Source of the DNA: Burkholderiales bacterium
GTDB lineage: Bacteria; Pseudomonadota; Gammaproteobacteria; Burkholderiales; SG8-39
Direction: 5' to 3'
Length of the DNA stretch: 28,981 nt
NCBI GenBank assembly: GCA_036376975.1
Contig: DASUZH010000389.1
Coordinates: 1-28,981, forward strand
The notes under the pieces: model-generated
Told to the model about the DNA's origin: nothing
Seen by the model: only the letters and a program-made list of their open reading frames with translations
Database searches by the model: none
In this document: piece after piece, positions 1 through 8,500 of the stretch
Position numbering within the stretch: position 1 is the stretch's first letter
Layout: each line of letters starts with the position of its first letter
Made by a program: the position numbers and the translations under genes

Positions 1-1
1 C

Positions 2-1009
2 TGGATGATGTGGAACTGGCTGATGAGCGCGCTGGCCAGCGAGGCGGCGCTGCTGCTCTACGACGGCTCGCCGTTCGTCGGCCGCGGCAAGGTGCTGTTC
101 GACTTCGCCCAGGCCGAGGGCATGACGCATTTCGGCACCTCGGCCAAGTTCATCGACGCCATCGCCAAGACCGGCGTCAAGCCGCGCGAGACGCACGACC
201 TCGGCGCGCTGCGCGCGGTGCTGTCGACCGGCTCGCCCCTCGCGCCGGAGGGGTTCGACTACGTCTACGAGAACGTCAAGGCGGACGTCTGCCTGTCCTC
301 GATCTCGGGCGGCACCGACATCGTTTCCTGCTTCGTGCTCGGCAACCCTGTCGGGCCGGTCTGGCGCGGCGAGATCCAGGCGAAAGGCCTCGGTCTGGCG
401 GTCGATGTTTTTGACGAGACAGGCTCTGCAACAAAGGGCAAAGGCGAACTGGTCTGCACCAAACCCTTCCCGGCCATGCCGCTCGGCTTCTGGAACGACG
501 CCGACGGCGCGAGGTACCACGCCGCCTATTTCGAGAAGTATCCGGGGGTGTGGCGCCATGGCGACTGGTGCGAGATCACCGAGCATGGCGGCATGGTCAT
601 CTACGGCCGCTCCGACGCGGTGCTCAACCCCGGCGGGGTGCGCATCGGCACCGCCGAGATCTACCGCCAGGTCGAGCAGCTCGACGAGGTGGTCGAGTCG
701 CTGGTGATCGGGCAGGATTGGGATTCTGACGTGAGGGTGGTGCTGTTCGTGAAGCTGCGCGAAGGCCAGTCGCTCGACGATGCGTTGGTGAACAAGATCA
801 AGAAAAAGGTGCGCGACAACACCACGCCGCGGCACGTGCCGGCCAAGATCCTGCAGGTCGCCGACATCCCGCGCACGAAGAGTGGCAAGATCGTCGAGCT
901 GGCGGTGCGCGACGTGGTGCACGGCCGCCAGCCGAAGAACCTCGAGGCGCTCGCCAACCCGGAAGCGCTGGAGCATTTCAGGAACCGCATGGAGCTGGCC
1001 GCCGCATGA
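2..1009 (+). CDS. Acetoacetate--CoA ligase (ANL adenylate-forming family), 5'-truncated by the window edge
   Basis: Frame open from base 2 (WMMWNWL..., an internal motif of this family, so the track's ATG at 5 is not the true start). Motifs [57 protein letters not shown]. Confidence 0.92.
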   Translation, partial: WMMWNWLMSALASEAALLLYDGSPFVGRGKVLFDFAQAEGMTHFGTSAKFIDAIAKTGVKPRETHDLGALRAVLSTGSPLAPEGFDYVYENVKADVCLSSISGGTDIVSCFVLGNPVGPVWRGEIQAKGLGLAVDVFDETGSATKGKGELVCTKPFPAMPLGFWNDADGARYHAAYFEKYPGVWRHGDWCEITEHGGMVIYGRSDAVLNPGGVRIGTAEIYRQVEQLDEVVESLVIGQDWDSDVRVVLFVKLREGQSLDDALVNKIKKKVRDNTTPRHVPAKILQVADIPRTKSGKIVELAVRDVVHGRQPKNLEALANPEALEHFRNRMELAAA

Positions 1010-1650
1010 CTGGCATCCCCGCCGGGCCGTTCGCCGGGCTCGACGAGCACGCGCTGCGCGCGCTGTGCCCGGGCGGGACGGTGCGGGCGGTGGCGAAGAA
1101 CGTCATCGTGGTCAGCGCGGGCGACGCCACCGATTCGCTCTACGTCATCCTGTCGGGCCGGGTGAAGGCGTTCGTCAGCGACGAGCAGGGCAAGGAGGTG
1201 GTGGTCAACACCATCGGCGCGGGCGACTTCTTCGGCGAGCTGGTGCTCGACGGCGGCCCGCGCGCGGCCTCGATCATGACCCTCGAGGCCTGCCGCTTCT
1301 ACGTCATCTCGCAGGAGGAGGCCGAGCGCCTGCTCGCCGCCAACCCGGCCTTCGGCCGCGAGCTGATCCGCAAGCTGATCGGCAAGGTGCGCTCGCTCAC
1401 CGGCCAGGTGCGCGACCTCGCGCTGAAGGACGTCTACGGCCGGCTGGCCAAGTTCGTCGAGGAGAACGCGGTTGAGCAGGACGGGCGACGGGTGATCCCC
1501 GAGCGCCTGACCCAGGCCGAGATCGCCGCCCGCATCGGCGGCTCGCGCGAGATGGTGAGCCGCATCCTCGGCGACCTGGCCGACGGCGGCTACATCGCGG
1601 TGGAAGGCAAGCGCATTGCCCTGCTGAAGAAGCTGCCGGCGCACTGGTAG
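1006..1650 (+). CDS. Crp/Fnr-family transcriptional regulator (cNMP-binding domain + winged HTH)
   Basis: ATGA overlap with upstream stop. cNMP pocket GDFFGE...PRAAS, hinge [35 protein letters not shown] (compare CRP SRETVGRIL). Confidence 0.93.
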   Translation: MTGIPAGPFAGLDEHALRALCPGGTVRAVAKNVIVVSAGDATDSLYVILSGRVKAFVSDEQGKEVVVNTIGAGDFFGELVLDGGPRAASIMTLEACRFYVISQEEAERLLAANPAFGRELIRKLIGKVRSLTGQVRDLALKDVYGRLAKFVEENAVEQDGRRVIPERLTQAEIAARIGGSREMVSRILGDLADGGYIAVEGKRIALLKKLPAHW

Positions 1651-1659
1651 GAGCAGGAA

Positions 1660-1687
1660 TGTGCATATGGCACAGATCCTCTGTGCC
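1660..1687. promoter_or_regulatory. Two overlapping inverted repeats, candidate transcription-factor operator
   Basis: TGTGC-ATATG-GCACA (1660-1674) and GGCACAGA-TCC-TCTGTGCC (1669-1687), just downstream of the Crp gene stop. The half-site resembles CRP TGTGA but the spacer is 5 rather than 6 nt. Confidence 0.4.
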
Positions 1688-1722
1688 GCGGGGCGTCGAG
1701 AGGCGACCGGCAGCCTCCTAGA

Positions 1723-1744
1723 GTCCCTCCATACGAGGAGGGAC
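1723..1744 (+). promoter_or_regulatory. Hairpin occluding the Shine-Dalgarno of the 51-aa ORF
   Basis: GTCCCTCC (1723-1730) is the exact reverse complement of GGAGGGAC (1737-1744), with a 6-nt loop. The 3' arm contains GGAGG; the ATG is at 1749. Confidence 0.55.
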
Positions 1745-1748
1745 ACCC

Positions 1749-1904
1749 ATGAACAGACTCTGGCGGATCCTGGCGGGCGCGCTCGGTGCGGTCTACGCCC
1801 AGCCGCTCATCGACGTGATCACCGAGCGCGAGCGCATCGCGCTGGAGATCGCGCGCGTCGAGGACGAGATCGCGAAATTCAAGAACCTCCAGCCCGCCGC
1901 CTAG
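1749..1904 (+). CDS. Small hypothetical protein, 51 aa (MNRLWRILAGALGAVYAQPLIDVITERERIALEIARVEDEIAKFKNLQPAA), absent from the ORF track
   Basis: ATG preceded by GAGGAGG, G/C-ending codons like the neighbouring genes, TAG at 1902-1904. It fills the gap between the Crp gene and the DyP-P450 gene on the same strand. Confidence 0.7.
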   Translation: MNRLWRILAGALGAVYAQPLIDVITERERIALEIARVEDEIAKFKNLQPAA

Positions 1905-1973
1905 CGGTACCATTTTCCGCGCCGGCGGGATTCCGCGCCGGGTTTATCCGCATGTCCTGAACGGCAGCGCTTG

Positions 1974-1989
1974 TCACTCGGGGGAGTGA
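1974..1989 (+). promoter_or_regulatory. Inverted repeat over the RBS region of the DyP-P450 gene
   Basis: TCACTC-GGGG-GAGTGA, ending 4 nt before the ATG at 1994 and covering the GGGGAG purine run. Confidence 0.35.
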
Positions 1990-1993
1990 GGGG

Positions 1994-4900
1994 ATGGGGT
2001 CGGAGGTCACCAGCAAGCACCTGCAGGGCGTCACCGACCTGACGCTGGTCGCGGACATCAAGCCCGGCCTGGCGCCCTCGCTCGACGCCTGCACCTACGA
2101 AACCCGCCTCGCGCTGGTGATGCGCACGTTCACCGGGCTGCGCTCGTCTTCCCGCGAGTACGCGGTGATCCGCCCGTTCTCCGACACGGTGGAGCGGATC
2201 CAGGAAATCCACTCCTTCCGCCTCGCCGTCATCCCGCCGAAGGAGGGCGAGGGCGTGACGCGCAGGCTGCTCCTGTCGGTGGGCTTCGACGGCGGCTGGG
2301 AGCAGTACATCCGCCGCGTCTGGCGCGACCTCGGCCCGCTGCTCGACGTGATGTTCTGCAACACCACCGACTACAAGAGCGCCTGGGACCACAGCTTCCA
2401 GGACTACGTGGCGTGGATCCGCTCCAAGCAGCTCGACACCGGCTTTTTCTACAGCGCGACCGGGCTCTCGGTGACCGACCTGCAGTACCTCCGGCAGGTG
2501 GAAAAGCTCCATCGGGAGGGCCATGCCAACCTCGAGCTGGCGGCGGCCCAGCTCACCGCGGCCGATCCGGAGGCCGTAGCGAAGGACGCAGCCGCGCTGA
2601 ACCCGGCCGAGGCCATGCGACTCGGCCTCACCGCGCTGGGCACGCTCTACCGGCTCACCGACTTCTACCCGCCCGACCATGCGGACGGCGGCTATCTCTG
2701 GCGCGCGACGCGCCAGCTGATGAAGGAGCTCGATACGCCCGGCCTGCCCGCCCCGGTGCGTGCGGCCTATGCAACGCAGATCGACTGGTTCGAGAAGCCG
2801 CCGCCCGCGCCGGCGCCCGCCCCGCAGCCCTGGCCGAAGTTCGACCCCGCCAACGTGCAGGCCGGCATCCTCAAGGGCTACGACCAGGGCAGCGGCACCG
2901 ACCCGCGCAAGAAGGTCAACCACGGCTGCCTGCTCCTGCTGCAGATCGCCGACCCGGACGTGGCGAACGCGCACGCCTTCCTGCGCGCGCTGCAGCCGAT
3001 GATCAGCCGCCACGACGCGCCGCCGCAGGGCGAGGTCTACACCAACGTCGCGTTCACTTGCCAGGGGCTCGCCAGGCTCGGCGTGCCGGCCGCCTCGCTC
3101 GCCGCCTTTCCGAAGGAGTTCCAGGAGGGCATGGCGGATCGCGCCGACCTGCTGGGCGACTTCCGCTGCAACCATCCGCGCAACTGGGCGCTGCCGAAGC
3201 GCAACTGGCCGGCGCCGGGCGGGCGCGTCCAGCTGTCGACCGTCGACATCGTCGTGCAGCTTCGCCTGCGCGGGCGCGACCTGCAGCCCGGCGACCACGA
3301 GGTCGCCGGCAACCCGGGACACCCCCTGTACGCCGCGGTCGAGGGGCTGGACAAGCTGGCCGGCCGGCACGGCGTGCGGCTGCTGTCGGTGGAGACCATG
3401 GTGAGCTACCGCGACGCCAACCTCGATCCGGTCGGGCACCTCGATTTCGTCGACGGCATCAGCCAGCCGATGGTGCCGGGCATCGACCCGGCGCTGGACG
3501 CGGACGACGCGAAGCGCGTCAACTGGCGCGACCGCGTCGGGCTGGGCGAGATGCTGTGCGGCCACCCGAACGACGGCGGGGACGCGCCGTTGAGCGGGCC
3601 CGCCGCCGAGTACCTGAGCGACGGCACTTTCCTCGTGGTGCGCAAGCTGCGCATCGATACCGACGCGCTGGACGAGTTCTACGAAGAGCAGGAGACGAAG
3701 CACGGCATCCCGCGCCGCGTGCTGGAAGGCAAGATGATGGGCCGTGCCGGCGACGGCACGGCGCTCGCCGCGCCCACCAAGGGCAACGACTTCAACTACA
3801 GCAGCGCGGCCAACCAGAGCGGCGCGCTGTGCCCGTTCCAGGCCCACGCGCGGCGCGCCAACCCGCGCACCGACCCGGCCGGGGATCCTTCCAAGCGGGT
3901 GCCGCGGATCATGCGCCGCGGCATGTCCTACGGGCCCAAAGGGGCCGGCGCCGCCGACTGCGGCCTGATGTTCCTGGCGTACAACGCGAGCATCGCCGAG
4001 CAGTTCGAGGTGATCCAGCGCTGGATCGCCGGCGGCAACAGCACCAACGTATTCGCCGGCGACGCCGACCCGTTCCTCGGCGTGCCGCAGCTCGGCGATC
4101 CGCGCACCTTCCGCTTCCACGACGGCGCCGCGGTGACGCGGGTCGACCTCGACGCCGGCAGCCCGCATCCCGGCGCGCGGCCGTTCTCGCAGGTCGAGTG
4201 GGGCGCCTACCTGTTCGTGCCTTCGCTCGCTGCGCTCGGCAAGCTGGCCGCGGCGGCGCCGCAGACCCCGTCGGACGCGGTGGCGAGGGGCGAGCAGATC
4301 ATCAAGACGCTGCTCTACCTCGAGTCGCTGCCGGGCGCCGACATCCCGCGCATCCGCGACGCGTGGAAGGCCTACCTGGAGGACCTCGGCTCGAAGGAAA
4401 AGGGCTACAACAGCGCGATCTGGGCCGCCCTGCGCGAGAAGTTCGGCGGCGCGCTGTGGACGCCGTACGGCGTGCTGGTGGCGAACCCCAAGATGGTCGA
4501 CTTCGTGTTCACCAACAAGGACCTCTATTCGGTCGAGGGGCACGCCGGCGGCGCCGAGCCGGTCGAGGGCTACCTGCACCGCTCGCGCGACACCATCGGC
4601 GAGATCTACCTCGGGCTGGACGACACGGGGCCGGGCTCCGAATACCAGCGCAGGTCGAAGGAGACCAACGAGGAGCTGATGCGGCTCACCGGGGAGGAAG
4701 CGTTCGTCCTCGCCCGCGACGCCACCGTGAAGCACCTCAAAGGACTGCTCGCGCTGAACGGCGGCAAGGAAGTCACGCTCGACCTGCGCACGATGCTGTC
4801 GGATCCGGTGCTGGCCGCGGTGTGCCGCGCCTGGTTCGACCTGCCGGACGGCAAGTACGTGGTGGACGGCGGCTGGAACTGGCAGTCGGGTCACACGCCG

Positions 4901-5596
4901 TGCTGCCCCGGCGACTTCACTTCGCCTTCGCGCTACATCTTCCAGCCCAACCCGGCGAAGCAGGTGGGCGACTACGCGAAGGCCCAGGGACGGGCGCTGC
5001 ACGAGGCGGTCCGGCAGTTCGCCGGCGCGATGAAGGGCAAGGTGAGCGGCAAGCTCTCCAAGGCGCTGTTCCGCATCATCCCGGACGACGACGACCGGCT
5101 GGCGAGCACCTTGATCGGCGTGATGATGGGCTTCCTGCCGACCGTAGACGGAAACTTCCGCAGCACGCTGCTGCAATGGCTGGCGGACGGCACCCTCTGG
5201 CGCCTGCAGGCGGACCTGCGCGCGGCGCCCGGCCCGATCGACTTCGCCCGCGCGCAGTCGGTGCTGCTCGGCGCGCTCAAGGCGGGCATGCAGAAGCGCC
5301 CGGTGCCCGACATCGTCTGGCGCACGGCGAAGGTGAAGCACGACCTCGGGCCGGTCGCGGTGCATCCGGGCGACAAGCTGGCGATCGGCATCGTCTCGTC
5401 GACGCAGGACAAGCTTGCCGCCGGCAAGCTCGACGTCTACCCCGTGTTCGGCGGCAAGCGTGGGCCTGACGGCCCGACGCACGCCTGCCCGGCGTACGAG
5501 GCGGGCATGGGCGTGCTGCTCGGGATGGTCAGCGGCCTGCTGGAGGCGGGAACGCTCCGCCCGACGCCGGTAACGCTGACGGTCCTATTGTCTTAA
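1994..5596 (+). CDS. 1200-aa fusion: N-terminal domain of unknown function + Pro-rich linker + DyP-type heme peroxidase + C-terminal cytochrome P450-like domain
   Basis: DyP motifs NVQAGIL (aa 287), FVDGISQP (Asp487), CPFQAHARRANPR (His618), RIMRRGMSYG (Arg641), GLMFLAY, QFEVIQRW, GAYLFVPS (aa 737). P450-like RPVPDIVWRTA and FGGKRGPDGPTHACPAY (Cys1165). No signal peptide seen. Confidence 0.85.
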   Translation: MGSEVTSKHLQGVTDLTLVADIKPGLAPSLDACTYETRLALVMRTFTGLRSSSREYAVIRPFSDTVERIQEIHSFRLAVIPPKEGEGVTRRLLLSVGFDGGWEQYIRRVWRDLGPLLDVMFCNTTDYKSAWDHSFQDYVAWIRSKQLDTGFFYSATGLSVTDLQYLRQVEKLHREGHANLELAAAQLTAADPEAVAKDAAALNPAEAMRLGLTALGTLYRLTDFYPPDHADGGYLWRATRQLMKELDTPGLPAPVRAAYATQIDWFEKPPPAPAPAPQPWPKFDPANVQAGILKGYDQGSGTDPRKKVNHGCLLLLQIADPDVANAHAFLRALQPMISRHDAPPQGEVYTNVAFTCQGLARLGVPAASLAAFPKEFQEGMADRADLLGDFRCNHPRNWALPKRNWPAPGGRVQLSTVDIVVQLRLRGRDLQPGDHEVAGNPGHPLYAAVEGLDKLAGRHGVRLLSVETMVSYRDANLDPVGHLDFVDGISQPMVPGIDPALDADDAKRVNWRDRVGLGEMLCGHPNDGGDAPLSGPAAEYLSDGTFLVVRKLRIDTDALDEFYEEQETKHGIPRRVLEGKMMGRAGDGTALAAPTKGNDFNYSSAANQSGALCPFQAHARRANPRTDPAGDPSKRVPRIMRRGMSYGPKGAGAADCGLMFLAYNASIAEQFEVIQRWIAGGNSTNVFAGDADPFLGVPQLGDPRTFRFHDGAAVTRVDLDAGSPHPGARPFSQVEWGAYLFVPSLAALGKLAAAAPQTPSDAVARGEQIIKTLLYLESLPGADIPRIRDAWKAYLEDLGSKEKGYNSAIWAALREKFGGALWTPYGVLVANPKMVDFVFTNKDLYSVEGHAGGAEPVEGYLHRSRDTIGEIYLGLDDTGPGSEYQRRSKETNEELMRLTGEEAFVLARDATVKHLKGLLALNGGKEVTLDLRTMLSDPVLAAVCRAWFDLPDGKYVVDGGWNWQSGHTPCCPGDFTSPSRYIFQPNPAKQVGDYAKAQGRALHEAVRQFAGAMKGKVSGKLSKALFRIIPDDDDRLASTLIGVMMGFLPTVDGNFRSTLLQWLADGTLWRLQADLRAAPGPIDFARAQSVLLGALKAGMQKRPVPDIVWRTAKVKHDLGPVAVHPGDKLAIGIVSSTQDKLAAGKLDVYPVFGGKRGPDGPTHACPAYEAGMGVLLGMVSGLLEAGTLRPTPVTLTVLLS

Positions 5597-8500
5597 GCGC
5601 TCCGCCTGCGCCAAGTGCCACGCCATGTCCATCGCTTCAAACCCGGCCATCGCCCGCTCGAGTAGGGGAAGCGCCGCCGCACGGTTGCCGCGCGCGAGCT
5701 CGATCTCGGCGGCGCACAGCTCGGTCGCCGCGGTTTCGTGGCGCGCGCCCCTGTCGCGCGCCGCCTGCATCGCCAGCGCCAGGTAGCGTTCGGGCGGCCG
5801 GCGGGCGTGCCCGCCCGCGGCGGCGCGGGCGAGCGCGCGGCAGGCCATGGCCTCGCCCAGGCGGTCGTCCCGCCTCGCGCGCTTCAGGGCGCGCGAGGCA
5901 TGGGCGCGCGCCTCGCCGAAGCGGCCGGCGGCGACCATGCCCTCCGCCAGCCAGCCGTAATTCAACGAGATGAACAGGCGCTTGTCACGCGCCTCCAGCC
6001 ATTGGGTCGCGGCGTCGATCGTGCCCAGCGCCTGCGGGTCGCCGCGCAGGATCCAGTTGGCGTAGGCGCCGAGCGCGCGGCTCATGCCATATACATAGAG
6101 GCTCTTGACCCGCTCGGCGATGTGCTCGGCCTCGGCGGCGGACTGGCGCGCGTCCTCCCAGCGGCCCTGCCAGAGGCAGACCGCGCTGCGCCAGCACAGC
6201 ACCGAGCCCTCGACCACCTTGTTGCCGCCGCGCAGCGCGTCGAGCGCCTCGTCGAAGCAGGCGTGCGCCTCGGCGAAGCTGCCGCGGTCGCCGAGCACCG
6301 ATGCCTTGCAGGCGAGCGAGTAGGCCGAGCCGATCGCCGGCCCGGTGCGGTGCGCGCGCCGCACGGCGATCGCGGCGTCGAGCTGCGCCAGCGCCGGCGC
6401 GTAGTCGCCGGCCGCGGCGCGCGCCTGGCCGAGCGTGGCGGTGATCTGCACGCCGAGCGCCTCGTCGCCGGCGCGCCGCGCGGCGGCGAGCGCGCGCTCG
6501 CAGTGACCGATCGCGAGGCGGGACTCGCCCAGCCCGTAGTTGAGGTAGCCGAGCCAGTACTCGGCCCCGGCCACGCCGGCCGCATCGTCATGCCCGGCGG
6601 CGAACTCGGCGGCGCGCTGCAGCACGTCGAGCTGGTCCTTGGCCGGGTCGAACACGCAGGCCATGCCGAAGCGCTGCACGATCTGGCTGCGCCGGCGCCG
6701 GTTCGCTTCGGTCGGCTCGAGCAGGTCGAGCGCGGCGAGCGCCGCGCGGTATTGCGCCTGCGCGCGGTCGAGCGCGGCGGCGGCCATCGCCTTGTCGCCC
6801 GCCAGCTCGGCGTAGCGCGCCGCCTCGGCGTGCCGCCCGCCGGCGCCGTAGTGGTAGGCGAGCGCCTCGAACGGCTCGGCTTCGCTGCCGGAGCCGTGGC
6901 GCAGCAGCGATTCGGCGATGCGCAGGTGCATCGCGCGCCGCTGGTGCAGGCCGACCGAGTCGTAGATCACGTCGCGCGTGATGCCGTGCTTGAAGCGCAG
7001 CCAGCCGGGCGCCTCGCCGGGGAACAGGAAATCCTGCTCGGCGAGGCCCTGCACCAGCGGGTCGTGCTCGCCGCGCCCGGTCATGCCTTCGAGCAGCCAG
7101 GCCGGCACCACGTTGCCGATCACCGCGGCGGCGCGCAGCAGCTCGGCCTGCGCGGCGGGCAGCCGCGCGACGCGCGACTCGATCAGGCCGTTCAGCCACG
7201 CCGCGCCGCCGCGCGCGCGGCCGAAGCGGTGCTCGGCGCTGTCGTGCGCCGCCGAATGGCACAGCTCCTCGATGAACAGCGGGTTGCCGCCCGAGTAGCG
7301 GTGGATCTCGGCGACGACGAACGGGTCCCTGCTCGGCAGCAGCGCGCTCACCGTCTCCGCCGCCTCGCTTTCGCTGAACGGCGCGAGGTCGAGCACGCGC
7401 GCGTCGCTCATCTCGGCGTCGCCGGCGGCGATGCCGCGGGTGGCGAGCAGCACCATCAGGCGGCAGCGCTCCAGCCGGCGGATCGCGCCCAGCACCTGGC
7501 GCGTGGCGTCGTCCGCCCATTGCCAGTCGTCGATGAACAGCACGATGGCGCGGCTGGCGGCGAGGGCGGCGAACAGGTCGCGCAGCGCGGCGGCGGTGTT
7601 GTCGGGCGTGGCGCGCGCGCCGTCCGGCTCGCCGGAGAGCAGCGACAGGGCGCGCAGCAGCTCGCCGCGGTGGCGCTCGAGCGCCGGGTCGATGCCGCGC
7701 AGCGTGCGGCCGAGCGCCTCGGCGGCGAGAACCGCCGACATGCCGCGCTCCAGGCGGCAGAGCGAGCGCAGCATCTGCAGGAAGGGCTGCAGCGGCTCGG
7801 CGTTGAGGTAGCTCTCGCAATGGCCGCGGTGCACCTGGAACTTGCCCGCGGCGCGGCCGAGGAACTCGTCGGCGAGCCGCGTCTTGCCGAGGCCGGGGCC
7901 GGCGGAAAGCGCGACGTAGGCCGGTTCGCCGGCGGCCGCGGCCTGCAGCGTCTCCTCGAGCGCGCGCATCTCGGCCTTGCGGTCGACCAGCGGCACCAGG
8001 CCGCGCCGCGCGCGCGCCTCGAAGCGGGTGGTGGCCGGCGCACGGCCGAGGATGCGGTACACCCCGATCGGCTCGGCGGCGCCCTTCACCTCCAGGTGCT
8101 GCCGTCCACCGGTCTGGAAGAAGTGGCTTTCGGCGCCGAGCGTCGCCTCGCTCACCAGGATCTCGTCCTTCTCGGCGGCGTCGGACAGCCGCGCGGCGAT
8201 GTTCGGCGCGTTGCCGAGCAGCTCGAAGCGGCCGCGCACCAGGTCGCCTTCGTCGAGCAGCACCAGGCCGGCGTGGATCCCGCTGTGCAGGCCGAGCCGC
8301 GCCCCCGGCAGCGGGCGCTCGAAGCGGAACTCGCGCACCACGGCGTGCAGCTGGAGCGCGGTCTCGGTCGCCCGGCGGCCGTCATTCTCGCCCGCGTCGG
8401 GGTAGCCGAAGATGGCGAGCAGGCCGTCGCCCTGGATCCGCACGATGGTCCCGCCGTGCTTCGGGATCACTTCCTGATAGGCGCGCCGCAGCCGGCCGAG

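Noticed and set aside
1668-1684. Sigma54 promoter at TGGCAC
   Set aside because: The -12 position reads CT instead of GC (TGGCACAGATCCTCT).
1749-1904. 51-aa ORF as a RiPP precursor cross-linked by the P450/DyP
   Set aside because: No aromatic-rich C-terminal core (W5, Y16 and F44 are scattered), and no peptidase or exporter nearby. It looks like a helical protein; not excluded, but unsupported.
1901-5482. 1193-aa minus-strand ORF and 1018-aa alternate-frame ORF (2413-5469) over the DyP-P450 gene
   Set aside because: Shadow ORFs typical of high-GC DNA: R/A/G/P-rich, no motifs, and fully overlapping a motif-bearing gene.
5500-5596. Encapsulin cargo-loading peptide on the DyP protein
   Set aside because: The C-terminus does not match the GSLxIGSL-type motif and no encapsulin gene is in the window.
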